Positions 41,368 to 53,289 of a stretch of DNA of 64,000 nt are shown one piece after another. The DNA is taken from contig CBDBFU010000023.1 of assembly GCA_965205025.1 (NCBI GenBank), forward strand, positions 32,001-96,000, written 5' to 3'. How positions within the stretch are numbered: the stretch's first letter is position 1; every line of letters begins with the position of its first letter. Origin of the DNA: Candidatus Poribacteria bacterium. Its GTDB lineage: Bacteria > Poribacteria > WGA-4E > WGA-3G. Made by a program: the position numbers and the translations under genes. The notes under the pieces were generated by a model, which was not told the DNA's origin, ran no database searches, and saw nothing but the letters and a program-made list of their open reading frames with translations.

Positions 41368-42156
41368 TTATTGTGACAACTCAGAAGTTAGACTGGTAAA
41401 ACCGTAGCGTCTAAATATATCTGACGCGAATTCTGATCTTAAATATGAAATAAATTCCGTTGCCAATTCTTTCTGTTTTGTATTGCTGATTATAGCTGTT
41501 GGATATTTAATTTTCGAATGGGTACCGTTAGGTATGTCAAGTATGATCTTTATGTTATTACTTATTATAGCATCTGTTTGATATACTATTCCTAAATCTA
41601 CATTTCTGGTTGAAACAAAGGCAAGTGTTGAGCGCACATTATTCCCAAAGATCAGCTTAGAGTATATCTTATCCCATAAATCTTGTTGAACTAATGACTC
41701 TTTTGTATATGTACCTGCAGGAACGATTCCCGGTTGTCCAATTGCAATTTTTTCAATTTTTGGATCTGTAAGGTCATTTAACTTATCAAGAGAGAGTCCA
41801 TTGTCCTTATGTGTAACAACTACCAATTCATTTGTAAGTAAATCGTGTCGAGTAGTGGGATTTATGAGATTTTGCTGCTGGAGAGCATCTAACTGATGGG
41901 AACTTGCTGAAATGTATATATCTACAGATGCACCTTTCTCAATTTGTCTTTGTAATGTTGTTGAAGCACCAAAATTGTAATATATTTTTACATTATGTTT
42001 ATCAGTGAAACTACCACCAATTTCAGTTAATGCATCCTTCAAACTAATTGCTGCAAAAACAGATAGTTCGTTATGTTTATCTGATCCACATCCTAAGAAT
42101 AGAATGAAGGGTATAAAAAATCCAATTGAAAAGAAAGGGATAATACCTTTGTACAT
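41368..42156 (-). CDS. modA: Molybdate ABC transporter substrate-binding lipoprotein
   Basis: LGC lipobox, FAAISL, LQRQIEKGA, VPAGTY, VYQTDA. Confidence 0.93.
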   Translation of the reverse strand: MYKGIIPFFSIGFFIPFILFLGCGSDKHNELSVFAAISLKDALTEIGGSFTDKHNVKIYYNFGASTTLQRQIEKGASVDIYISASSHQLDALQQQNLINPTTRHDLLTNELVVVTHKDNGLSLDKLNDLTDPKIEKIAIGQPGIVPAGTYTKESLVQQDLWDKIYSKLIFGNNVRSTLAFVSTRNVDLGIVYQTDAIISNNIKIILDIPNGTHSKIKYPTAIISNTKQKELATEFISYLRSEFASDIFRRYGFTSLTSELSQ

Positions 42157-42402
42157 CAGATCTCATTTATCAGTTATAATAATGTGGATTTTAACAGTTT
42201 TTTTCTGTCATGTCAAGGATGACTATAATAACAATAAGTTCTATTATGCTGCATTTCTATCTAATCTTGATACCAATATTTGTCTATGATATACTTAGAT
42301 ACTGACAATATTGTTATTAATTTCAATACATAGCATAAGATTAAAACCATCAAATAATAAGGAAACCTGTTAAATCTATCTCTAACCTGTTTTATAATTT
42401 CT

Positions 42403-44860
42403 ATGAATAATCATTCATTACCAACCGAAATTACTCTATCTGAAAACAATATTCAGATTCTTGAAAATATACTTGATTGTAAAATCGATGATCTTTTAGC
42501 AGATTCTGTTTTTGATTCAAGTATAATTGAGACCTTCCTAAATAGTCACCCAACAGATTCACTGGAAAGATATCTAACCCCACAATGGGTTATTCTTGCT
42601 GCTGGTAAAGGTACAAGAATTGATCCATCAGGTAGGATGAGTAAAACCCTTGACATAATGTTGGGAGAGCATAATATACTCCAACGTTCACGGCAATATC
42701 TACCGGGAAATCTACCCCATATAGTTATAATTAACAAACAGATGGCAGCTCGTATTTCTAAAGATAAATCTCAAGAAGATCTATTAGGTATTGATGTAAT
42801 ACCGTGTGTTCAGGAGAAGATGAATGGAACAGGTGGAGCATTGCAAGCAGCAATTTCAGAAATAAAAAAATCAAAAGCTGAGTGGATTGGTGTTGCATTC
42901 GGTGATGAACCTTTTTTAGACAGAAAGATCGTAGCAGGTACATTGCTTTCACATCTATTATCAGATTCGGATATAACATTATGTGGCAAAATCCCTGAAA
43001 CTGTTAAGGATAAAGGTGGTCTCTTTTTTGATGGCAAAGGGGATTTAGTATGTACTAAAGAATGGTACGATATGACAGAAGAAGAACAAGATGAGATGTG
43101 GCATCGATTAGACAATGGGAATGCATATACCAATACTGGGATAACAATTATACGTAAAAATGAGTTATTAAAACATATAGATAAGTTGCAACCCCATGCT
43201 AACCGAAATGACGAATTACATCATGTTGATTTAATTCGTCATTTTCTATGATAACGGACTTAAGACCAACGCATTCATTTATAAGGGTGAGGTATTATCT
43301 GGAGTAAATCGGTGGTCAAATGTGCTGGTTGGAGAAGAAGCTTTATATGTACAGACAAGAAAATTACTCACTGCAAAAGGTATACGGGTTGACCCCTCTG
43401 CTCAAATTACGCTTGCTTATGATGACATCAATATTGGGACAGGTTGCTACCTAATAGGGAAAGTTCATATTGGAAAGCAAGTCAAAATTGGAGATTACTG
43501 TAGACTTGAGAATGTAAATCTGAAGAGTAATACATCTGTCGGTGATTCAGTTGGATTACAGAATGTAGAAGCAATCGACACAGTATTTGTTAATAATACA
43601 TTACCATCCACAATTTCAAAGCAGGTAGATGGACTTAATACTATCAGTAACATTCATCATAGTAAGTTTGATCAAGTTTCAGTTGGTCATAATGTACAAT
43701 TATCTCGAATCAATGCACATGTAACAGTAATTCCATCAAGCATACATATAGATGGCCAAAACCTTGGTGTACCATATTCTCAACCACCAACTGAAGTTCC
43801 AAATCAATTATTCAAACAGATTGTTCCATTAGATTATAGACCTGGCGTTTATACATTTGGAGAGAAAAAGGGTTTACCAGATTGGGAAAACCTAAGAAAT
43901 CATATTGATTCGCATAGCATAGCAGAATTGATCCCACGATCTACCAGAAATCAGCAAATTCAAGAAACTATTCATAATGCAGTGTTGACTCTCTTAGATA
44001 TGCGTTGTGGAAATGGTGATTATGTCATTGAATCTCTTACAGCAGAAGAAGTATGGGGTACAATTTTTGAGATGACAAAAATTCATACAGGTAATCTTAA
44101 TCCATACCATCGAGATAAGATAAAAGCACGACAGACGGCACTTGAATTGATGCCCAAATTTTGGAATGATAATTGGTTAACCCGTTTGAAACTTGTCGTG
44201 GCAGGGAATGTAATAGATTACAGTAGTTCGAGGGTTGTGGAAAAGGTGAATTCAAACCCCCGATATTTCACTGAAGCACTTAGTGCTGCAGTAGAAACTC
44301 CTTTCGCTATAGATTACTTTGACAAATTTGTAAAAAAGGTAATTGATGCACCACCACAACAGATATTATGGCTCGCGGATAATGATGGAGAGATCATATT
44401 CGATCTTGCATTCATTCAGGATCTACTTAAATGCGGACATCAAATATGTATCGTAGGAAAAGTTGAAAATGCAAGTAACGATGTAACACTCGATGATTTG
44501 AATGACCTATCCAATTATCCTCAATTTGAGTATCTGAAGACAGCCATTCAGGATGGAAATGTTACCCTCATCTCTTCTGGTTCTAAGACTATTGGAACGA
44601 ATCTATACCGTTCTTCACCTGAATTTATTAATGCATTATTAGAATCAGACATAGTGATTTCAAAAGGACAGGGTAATTTCTTTACAACACCGGGATGGAA
44701 GAAGGATACATTCTATCTGTTAATGTCAAAAGGGGTTACGGCTGAACGTACAACGGGTGTTGTGGCAAATAAAGATCTTCCAGTAGACGGTCTTATTTTA
44801 GCATATCTTGAAGCAGGCACAGAACGAAATAAGACACTAATGGAGCTATGTGACTCTTGA
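42403..44860 (+). CDS. GlmU-like nucleotidyltransferase + left-handed beta-helix + DUF89/ARMT1-like phosphatase fusion (1-nt frameshift near 43245)
   Basis: ILAAGKGTR, QEKMNGTGGA, GDEP, NTG in the 5' part. Removing one T from CATTTTCTATGAT gives HFYDNG..GVNR and joins the LbH region and DUF89 motifs (AGNVID, DNDGE, NDVT, SKGQGN); about 818 aa. Confidence 0.75.
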
Positions 44861-46213
44861 TATTGTGAATTCCCGTTTACCTGACTTGGGTAAAGGAATT
44901 TCATCAACAAATTCTATAGATAAAGATACATCTGATCCTAAACAATCCTTGATAACACTTTCAATAAAAGATCTTTCGTCTTCGTTCCAATCATTATCTA
45001 TTACCAGCTTTAAACTACAACGATCTAATGTCTCTTGAATCAGTTGGAATTGAGAAACCCCTTTGAGATTGTAGAACTTTTGTGTGAAATAGCCACCGTG
45101 TATTAATTTCCCTTCTTTTGTTTTGAATGTTGCTGTGCTTCTACCCAACAATTCCGCAAGAATAGGTAGTTCATTTCCACATGGACACATTTCATCTGAT
45201 AGACGTCCAATATCACCAATCCTATATCGAATAAAAGGCATAATATAGTTATTGAATTGCGTAATGAGAATATCTCCAGGTTGACTATATGGATCAGGAC
45301 TATCTATCTCCAAATATAGGTCTCTACAGTTAATATGCATCCGTCCTTCAACACACTCCATTGCAATTAACCCTACCTCACGTCCCCCATACCGATTATA
45401 TACCTTTGTGTTAAATACAGATTCTGCTAATGTTCTATAATGTGGGTGCAACATCTCAGCAGAAGATATGATTCCTTGTATATCCCAATCTGGTAATAGA
45501 TTATTCTCGGACAAGAACTTTGAAAATTGATATAGAGATGATGGATAGCTGAGAATAGTAGTTGGTTTAATTTGCTGCATCTTATCGAATGTTTTCCTCA
45601 TTTCCGATTCAGTAAGATGATACCCATTCAACCAATACTGATTCCGGCAAAACCGATTTATTTTCTGCTTCCAGTTTCCATTTTTAAGATCTGCTAATGA
45701 CCCCCAAATTATCAATTGTGGTTCACCAAAATCCCATCCTGCCCACCGATCAAAATAGTAAACACTCAGATTACGACAATTCCAATAATATCTATTTTGA
45801 TAGAAATTGAGTGGAGTTCCAGTTGATCCACCTGTTGCATTTTTTATTCTTTCTCTCGGTTTGTATCTTGTGGAACATAACTCATCAAGATGATTTCTAA
45901 TATGTTGTTTCTCAAGCGGAGGCATGAATGATAGATTAATATTTTCATCAGTTATATATTCATATAACTGATTAAGCGTTATTCCTTCTATTAATTTCGA
46001 GTAATAAGGGGTTGATTGTTCTGCATTGTGTATAAGATAACGTAGACTGTCCACCTGATGATGTCTAATCTCTGGATGTGATGAATTAAAAGCGTCCGAT
46101 TCAAAAAGAAGAAGACTCTGATAATCTCTTCCAAAACGAAAATAATTATACGCATTCCATGCTGTTTTTGAGAACTTTTTTTTCAATTTACGTGTTTTAG
46201 ACATCATGAACAA
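44846..46213 (-). CDS. Phenylacetate-CoA ligase-like / CapK adenylate-forming protein
   Basis: TGGSTGTP, YGGRE, MPFIRYRIGD, CPCG, LGR, SGK. Confidence 0.88.
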   Translation of the reverse strand: MFMMSKTRKLKKKFSKTAWNAYNYFRFGRDYQSLLLFESDAFNSSHPEIRHHQVDSLRYLIHNAEQSTPYYSKLIEGITLNQLYEYITDENINLSFMPPLEKQHIRNHLDELCSTRYKPRERIKNATGGSTGTPLNFYQNRYYWNCRNLSVYYFDRWAGWDFGEPQLIIWGSLADLKNGNWKQKINRFCRNQYWLNGYHLTESEMRKTFDKMQQIKPTTILSYPSSLYQFSKFLSENNLLPDWDIQGIISSAEMLHPHYRTLAESVFNTKVYNRYGGREVGLIAMECVEGRMHINCRDLYLEIDSPDPYSQPGDILITQFNNYIMPFIRYRIGDIGRLSDEMCPCGNELPILAELLGRSTATFKTKEGKLIHGGYFTQKFYNLKGVSQFQLIQETLDRCSLKLVIDNDWNEDERSFIESVIKDCLGSDVSLSIEFVDEIPLPKSGKREFTISRVT

Positions 46214-46222
46214 CCGATTGTA

Positions 46223-47710
46223 TTAATTCCGTCTTCTCAGTGGATCAATTTGTGGAACATATCCTGGTGGGAGTCGGTCACTTGACGACCGTCCATCTTG
46301 GTAAAGTTGTTCAGCATCCGGATTTTCATTTTCATAAGGAGGCGTAAATTCGCGCCATTTATTACCATCAAGTGGTATATCATAACCATCCTCTTTGAAC
46401 CAGTTAATCAATCTGTTTCTATATTCATTTAATACACCACCATAGCCATGATTACCAGCAAGACTTCTATCATCAAGTTGTCCCGGTAATCGTCTAAACA
46501 ACCATTCCTTTCTATCAGCAGCAGAATATATGTATTTAAATTCATCAGTCATATACATATATACACCTCTATTCTGGTCTGCCAATTGTCCAATAATCCC
46601 CTCTCGCTCTACATGACCGCTTGCTATATCTGCTAAGTCAAGACCACTATGGTCAGATGAAGGAGTTAAACCAGCGGCACAAAGACTGGTGGGTAAAACA
46701 TCTACCAGACTTGTAGGTGTATCACACCGAATATTTGCTGAAAACCGTTGAGGATAACGAACCAACAGAGGTATTCTGGCAGCAGCATCAAGGAATGAAC
46801 GTTTACCATAGCAATCATAATCACCGAGTAATTCCCCATGATCAGAAGTATATATAATGAGTGTGTTATCAAGTTCATCCTCATCTTCAAGATATTCAAT
46901 TATTCGTCCAACTTGATAATCTATGAAAGAGATAGCAGCATAATATGCTGCACGCATTGTTCGTAACAAGTTCATATCTCGTCCTTGATCACGGTATTTA
47001 TATCGATTTTGATGACGATTCCAGTATGTATATAGATGTTCATAGTCCTCAGGTAGATATGGGAGTGGCATCTCAACAGGACGATATAGTCTATTCCAAG
47101 GGACAGGTGATTCAAACGGTGGATGCGGTTTGATAAAACTGCTCCAACATAGAAATGGTCTATCTGTATCTCTATCTGAAAGAAATTGTAGTGTTCTATC
47201 ACCAACCCATTGTGTATGATGGAGTCTTTCTGGAACTTGTGATTGTTGTGGTATATAGTAGTATTCGCTTCTTTCACCATGGGGTGCAACAATATGGTCA
47301 TAGCCATTTTCAACCAAAAACTCTGTATAATCGTCTGGTCCTGGTCCCTCTTCAGAAAAATCGCGTGTTTCATACCCCCACATTTTTTTTCGTTGTGGAG
47401 TAAAGTGCATTTTTCCGATTCCATGTGTTTGATATCCAACTTCATTGAGTAATTCCATTACGGATGGACGATCTTGTGGCATTGCGGAATTGGTTGTACA
47501 ACCAGTTTCGTGTGGCCATTGACCAAGTAGAAAACTACATCGAGAAGCCACACATACTGGTGAAGGACAATATGCGGATGTATAACTCGTTCCTTCACGT
47601 ACTATTCGATCAAGTGCAGGGGTTTGAATTATTGGATTACCAAGTGCTCTAATCGTATCAAAACGTTGTTGATCAGTCATCAGAAAAAGAATATTCGGTT
47701 GTTTTGCCAT
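46223..47710 (-). CDS. Sulfatase (Cys-type)
   Basis: PNILFLMTDQQR, CVASR, GKMH, PHPP, SDHGE. Confidence 0.92.
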   Translation of the reverse strand: MAKQPNILFLMTDQQRFDTIRALGNPIIQTPALDRIVREGTSYTSAYCPSPVCVASRCSFLLGQWPHETGCTTNSAMPQDRPSVMELLNEVGYQTHGIGKMHFTPQRKKMWGYETRDFSEEGPGPDDYTEFLVENGYDHIVAPHGERSEYYYIPQQSQVPERLHHTQWVGDRTLQFLSDRDTDRPFLCWSSFIKPHPPFESPVPWNRLYRPVEMPLPYLPEDYEHLYTYWNRHQNRYKYRDQGRDMNLLRTMRAAYYAAISFIDYQVGRIIEYLEDEDELDNTLIIYTSDHGELLGDYDCYGKRSFLDAAARIPLLVRYPQRFSANIRCDTPTSLVDVLPTSLCAAGLTPSSDHSGLDLADIASGHVEREGIIGQLADQNRGVYMYMTDEFKYIYSAADRKEWLFRRLPGQLDDRSLAGNHGYGGVLNEYRNRLINWFKEDGYDIPLDGNKWREFTPPYENENPDAEQLYQDGRSSSDRLPPGYVPQIDPLRRRN

Positions 47711-47871
47711 AATCGTCCGTTTCCTTCATTGAAAATAGGGTATTAACAGATTTTTTTATTACTATTATGAATTGAATAAAGACTATGTTTATGGTATTAT
47801 CATAAGCATTCTATGGGATATTATATCATTAATTTAGGTAGGAGTAATTAACATTCTTCTAATCCAAACTT

Positions 47872-48066
47872 ATGTATAAGTGGTATGAGAACACGACATT
47901 ATTAAACACTTTTATTCTCTTTATGGTGGTATGTATTTTTTCATATTTTTTCTTTCAATGGAAAATAGGTCTTTATCTCTTTCTCTTTTCTGGTACCGCT
48001 ATAATGGTAAGGGGTGTTACTAAGATTACTATACGTATGCGAAGACGGAAGAATAAACAAAATTAG
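47872..48066 (+). CDS. Small membrane protein
   Basis: Two hydrophobic segments and a basic C-terminal tail. Confidence 0.45.
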   Translation: MYKWYENTTLLNTFILFMVVCIFSYFFFQWKIGLYLFLFSGTAIMVRGVTKITIRMRRRKNKQN

Positions 48067-48082
48067 TCCAACAGGAGACGCA

Positions 48083-49074
48083 GTGAAACGAAGATCTTTC
48101 ATCAAATTAGCAGCAATCAGTTCTGCTGGATGGTATTGCCGATAAAGTTAGAAACATTGGCTAATGAAAATCCATTGCTAAAACCACTCACACTAATTAC
48201 ACCTAATGACCAGTTCTACATACTTCAGATTGGTAAACCAGCGCAAATCGAAGAAAATAATTGGCGTTTGGCAGTGACTGGAATGATAGAAAAAATGGTT
48301 GCACCATTCACCTTGGATTCAATCAAGGCTATGGAATCAGTAGAAACAATGCGTACTTTAAAATGTATTGGAGATCCCATTGGAACTGAACAAATGAGTA
48401 ATGCGATGTGGAAGGGAATACGTTTAAAAGATGTATTAGAGAAAACAGGTATAAAAGACGGTGTTAAGGTAGTCGTTTTTATATGTGCAGATGGGTATCA
48501 TACCGCTATACCTTTAGAGGATGCAATTCGAGAAGACACGATTCTTGCCTATGAAATGAATGGCGAACCGCTGCCAATCGAACACGGGTATCCATTACGG
48601 TTATTAAACCCAGGACATTATGGAACCAAGAATCCAAAATGGATTGTTAACATACAATTAGCCGCTGAACACGAAAGTTATTGGGAGAAAAGAGGATGGG
48701 ATCCTGTAGCCAACATAAAATTGGCCACAGTGATTGGAACCCCTTCACCGGATCAGAAGATTGTTGCCGGTTCTGAATTCATCGTAAGTGGTGCTGCTTT
48801 TGATGGTGGACATCATGACGGTATTAAAATGATTGAAGTCAGTATTGATTATGGTGAAACTTGGTATGAAGCTGAGATTTGGGCAAAAGATTCTCCTCTT
48901 GCATGGGTGTTGTGGAAATGGGTTTGGGATGTGCCAAAAGATACTGGACCTGTAGAGATTTATGCCAGAGCCACGACAAATAGTGGTATAACTCAAGATG
49001 AAATTGGAATAACCGCTGATCCTGTCGATGCAATAGGATATCATACAGTTGATGCTATGGTAGTTGATCCATAG
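48083..49074 (+). CDS. Tat-exported sulfite-oxidase/MsrP-family molybdoenzyme (1-nt frameshift near 48130)
   Basis: AGGAG then GTG 48083 gives MKRRSFIK (Tat motif). Adding one A at GGATGG joins it to ORF 48130: TLKC, AYEMNGEPL..HGYPLRL, KW, plus an Ig-like dimerisation domain. Confidence 0.85.
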
Positions 49075-49139
49075 TTAGGACTAACAACTTTCTTACAAAC
49101 AGATCGAATCATCTTTATCCTGTCATAGATTTGTACTAA

Positions 49140-50312
49140 ATGCAGTTAAAATCCAGTCACCTAATAATCATCTATTTTCCTGCCCTTTTTATTGATTATG
49201 CATTTGGTAGTGTTCTCAGTAATTCATCCTTTTATTCAAGCTATCTGACATTTTCCTCATCATTTTTTGGCATTTTAGTAGCGGTTGCAACAGCGTGTTA
49301 TACATTGCTTGCGATTCCGATGGGTAAATTATCCGATCGTATAGATCGCCGTAAGATGCTATACGCTGGGTGTCTCCTTCTTGCTATTGTAGGTCTGCTA
49401 CTCCCCTACTGTAACACAAGACTACATCTTTTAGTTATATTTCCTTGTATTGGTATCAGTATGTCTCTGTTTTGGCCAGCTTATGAAGCCTGGCTTGCTG
49501 AACGTGAAAGTGAAGGTAAACTTTTACACCGAATCATGCTCTTTAATTTATTCTGGAGTACGGGTCTAACGCTGGGACCAGCATTTTCAGGTTATTTATA
49601 CCAAGATTCAAATCCTTTCAGACCTTTTTACTTATCATCTCTATTTGGTATTATAACAATTGGTGTAATAACAATCTGTAAATCGAATCAACCTTATGAA
49701 AACTCATCCGAAGACAGTAATACCCAACAAACATTGTTTCCTTCTGCCAATATACGAAATAGTTATCTGAACATTGCAAGGTGTGCAAATTTCGCTTCTT
49801 ATTTTACTTTAGGAGTGTTGCGATGGTTATCACCTAAATTGACAAAGGAAATGGGTATACCCCCATCAATGTTTGGAAACATGATGCTTGCTCTTGGTGG
49901 AATTCAACCGATTGTATTTCTCTTTCTTGGTACAGGTTATTCAACTCGGTGGCACTACCGTCTAAATCCATTAATTGTAGTCCAATTACTATCTATAGTT
50001 AGTTTGTTAAGTATTGGAATGATTCAAAACAACTATATATGGATATTCGCCTTCATAGTAATAGGTATATCTGTTGCCTTTACTTATTTTAATAGTCTGT
50101 ATTACGGATTAGATAGACATGATGATATGGGAAATAAAAGTGGATGGCATGAAGCTATTTTAGGTTTGGGTAGTCTATTAGGACCACTGTTGGGAGGCTA
50201 TATATCTGATTCTAAATATGGAACTCAGAGTCCATATATATTATGTGCTGGTGTTATCTGCATTTCAATCTTGGTTGAGATATTAATCAGACCTAAGAAT
50301 CAAGATGTATAA
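49140..50312 (+). CDS. MFS transporter
   Basis: GKLSDRIDRR motif A and about 12 TM segments. Confidence 0.9.
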   Translation: MQLKSSHLIIIYFPALFIDYAFGSVLSNSSFYSSYLTFSSSFFGILVAVATACYTLLAIPMGKLSDRIDRRKMLYAGCLLLAIVGLLLPYCNTRLHLLVIFPCIGISMSLFWPAYEAWLAERESEGKLLHRIMLFNLFWSTGLTLGPAFSGYLYQDSNPFRPFYLSSLFGIITIGVITICKSNQPYENSSEDSNTQQTLFPSANIRNSYLNIARCANFASYFTLGVLRWLSPKLTKEMGIPPSMFGNMMLALGGIQPIVFLFLGTGYSTRWHYRLNPLIVVQLLSIVSLLSIGMIQNNYIWIFAFIVIGISVAFTYFNSLYYGLDRHDDMGNKSGWHEAILGLGSLLGPLLGGYISDSKYGTQSPYILCAGVICISILVEILIRPKNQDV

Positions 50313-51420
50313 GATGAGCTTTGATATATTCTTCATCAGGTAAAATGCCTAAACCAGGTCCATCTGGTACTGATACAACATGATCCTCTATTTCAATTCC
50401 ATCCGCGACCATAGAATCCAAGAATACGGGAGCATTCAGTTCAGCAGGTAATACCAGGTCAAAGGTAGAGAATAAATGCACACTTGCAATAAATCCGATA
50501 CCTGCTTCTGTTAAACCACTTCCAAGGATTTCTATAGAATTTGATTCTGCGATATTAGCAGTCTTTAGACATTCTGACAACCCACCTGATTTACATAGTT
50601 TAAGAACTACTGCATCAGCACATTCGAGTTTCGCTATTTTAGCAAGATCAAAATGTGAAAAACATCCTTCATCAATTGCAATTGGTAGATGTGATCCATC
50701 TTTTACTCGCTTCATACCGAACCAATCCTGACTGGCAACTGGCTGTTCCATACAGTAAATCTGGTTTACATCTTCAATCCTTCTTAGTAGTTCCAAAGCA
50801 TTAGCAGGTGTGTAGGATTGATTTGCATCGATCCAAAGATTTGCTCTTGGTGTTATGTCGTTAATTGTTCTAATCCGTTCTTCATCTTTTTCTGGTATTC
50901 CTTCAACTTTAACCTTAAAACATGAACAAGGTTGAAGTGCTTTTGCTTTCAATGCCATGATTTCTGGTGAATCGATACTCAAGGCATAACATAACGGTAA
51001 GGTATCGTGTTGTTTTCCTCCGAAGAGTGTATGTAAGGGGGTGTCTAATATTCTTCCGCAGAGATCGTGTAGTGCAATGTCAACGGCAGCCTTTGCAAAT
51101 GGATGGCCATTACTCACGGCAGGTTTCAAAGCATTATATATACTTTTTGCTATCTCATTTCTTGAGAGTGGATTTTGTCCTAAAAGTAAAGGAGCAATAT
51201 GATACCGTATAGTAGATGTAATTGATTCAGTGGTTTCATAACTCCAGGATGGTAATGCACGTTGTTCACCCCATCCTATGTACCCATCATCGGTTGTAAT
51301 CTTGACAAATATATGGTTGCCTGCAGCATCTGGATCCCCCACAAATCCAGTTCCAATGGTGAATTTATCAATCATTCCAACGGAAGTAGGAAAAACTTCT
51401 ATGTTTGATATTTTACTCAT
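50293..51420 (-). CDS. Mandelate racemase/muconate cycloisomerase (enolase superfamily) enzyme
   Basis: GWGE, AAVDIALHD, FKVK, DAN, EQP, DE, K..K.GG, PDGPGLG. Confidence 0.9.
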   Translation of the reverse strand: MSKISNIEVFPTSVGMIDKFTIGTGFVGDPDAAGNHIFVKITTDDGYIGWGEQRALPSWSYETTESITSTIRYHIAPLLLGQNPLSRNEIAKSIYNALKPAVSNGHPFAKAAVDIALHDLCGRILDTPLHTLFGGKQHDTLPLCYALSIDSPEIMALKAKALQPCSCFKVKVEGIPEKDEERIRTINDITPRANLWIDANQSYTPANALELLRRIEDVNQIYCMEQPVASQDWFGMKRVKDGSHLPIAIDEGCFSHFDLAKIAKLECADAVVLKLCKSGGLSECLKTANIAESNSIEILGSGLTEAGIGFIASVHLFSTFDLVLPAELNAPVFLDSMVADGIEIEDHVVSVPDGPGLGILPDEEYIKAHLIHLDS

Positions 51421-51472
51421 AAGTATTAATCATACCATTTCCTATTATTAATTGAAAGATCTGCTTTATACT

Positions 51473-51937
51473 ATACCATTTCAGATAATTAAAGTCTCTA
51501 TTATGTTGGGGTATGTAAAGTTTTTGTCACTAAACATTACACTCTTATGGTATCTGTATACCGATATCTATCTCAAGTATCATCTTAAGTATTCATCTCA
51601 ACCCCAGTTATGTTAGATGTATGGATACTGTGTATTGTAAAAAACTGTTAATTTTTGTCGTCTTGAAATGTTTACACTTTCACGGAAACCTTCACGGAGC
51701 AATTTTACGAACCCTTATTCTATATAGGTTTATAATTTAAAGTAGATCAATCCTCCGTGAATCACATACGTTAATATTTATATAACTAAAGCGTGAGTGA
51801 GATTTATCTTTGGTTTTTATCTGATAGCATTTCTATAAGTGTTTATTTCATGAATAGTTGTTATACGGTGCTTGAAATACTGCACAAACTGGAAGTTTGT
51901 GCTACATTTAAGAGATCTTAATTATAAGAAATAGTAT
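51473..51937. repeat. Repeat mosaic bracketed by two MITE left ends
   Basis: ATACCATTTCAGATAATTAAAGTCTC at 51473. Reverse complement of the MITE left end with its REP hairpin at about 51870-51937. Contains the inverted copy of 3219-3318. Confidence 0.7.
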
Positions 51938-51949
51938 GACTCTGAAGTC

Positions 51950-52990
51950 TGAATGTTTTCAAGTTTTTCAAACTCTTTTAGTTTTTCAAGTTTTTTTAGT
52001 CGCTTTTTCAGGATTGCCATTCTAAACAGTCCCTAAACCCTGTGGTAGACAGGGAGTATAAAGAATTCGATTGATCGGTGAAAAATTTCAAAATTTGAAA
52101 AACTTGAAAAATTTGCTGTGTAATTCACTTTATATTCCTCTATATTCCTTTCTTGGACTTTGTTTGTATATGTTTTGATAACATTCTTCAATAACTGATA
52201 ATTCTGAAGGTTGAAAGAACAATATAAACATAGGGTTCATCTTAATTTCCAGAGGGTGAATCAAGTTAGTATTGGATAAAACCTTAGAATAGAAAATATG
52301 AAAAAAGTTACACTTTTTGTCACACGGATTGAAATTGGGGTAAAAAACGGCTATAAACCCTGTATTAGACTGACACCACGGCAAGTTAAAAAGATAATTA
52401 AGAATTTCTAAAAATGTCATTTTTTCTCTTGTTTGCTTTTTGTCATTTGGAGATTCAATGTTCGCAAATTGGGGTGTATTCTTAGACGTATTTGTTGTTT
52501 GGTTATGGGAATAAAATTTTTGGAATTTCATCATGTTTTTTCTAATTTATCTTACGAGATGGTGCATTTACCACCTGGAAATTGTTCTTTAGTGATCTTC
52601 TGTTGGTCAAAAAGACATAAAAACAGATATTTAATCCTAATATACAGACAGAAAATAGGGTCTAAAAATAGGCATTTAATCCTAAATACTCAGACAGTAG
52701 ATCGTGTTGTTGTTGTATGAGTCTATGCGCCGAAAAGATGGAAAAAGTTACACTTTTCGTTACATGGTGTAACTTTGAAATTGGTGTAAATTACTCCTGT
52801 CAGCCCTGTCATAGACTGGGTTTACTCCACTTTGAATTGATTTTATAAGAATTTCTAAAATGTGTGATTTTGTGTTCTTTTTGTACTTTCTGATTTTGAC
52901 CTTCCTAACGGTTAAAAAGGTATGCTTTTTTGACGTATATGAAACTTTGTATTTAGGATTGTTTTTATAAATATTCATTGGTTTTAGTTG
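51950..52990. repeat. Cluster of non-coding AAACCC..GGG modules
   Basis: Cores at 52035, 52355 and about 52805-52825 with inverted arms (TTTTCAAG/TTGAAAA; GTTACAC/TGTAAC). Confidence 0.75.
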
Positions 52991-53289
52991 TTGGTTTTTA
53001 GTTTGTGTTCTAATCTTTAATTTTATTTTCATTTTGACAGATATTCTTAATATGTACTTCTGTTTTTGTGATATATGTATGTTAGTTGTTATTGATGGGT
53101 GTTTTCTTCAATTAATTTTAAAAATTTTATAAAAATGTTTGATCCGTTTCATTTAATGCTTGTAAATGGCAAAAACTTTAAACACCCTATGAACAGTCGT
53201 AATTTGAATTATTTAAATAAAAATGGTATAAGTAACGATTATCCGAAAATGAATAGGCAAATATTCAAAATATTAAGGAGAAGCGCTAT

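Noticed and set aside
22653-51212. Numerous antisense or alternate-frame ORFs in the track (e.g. 22653-23111, 37117-37599, 40828-41376, 46972-47445)
   Set aside because: Shadow ORFs of well-supported genes.
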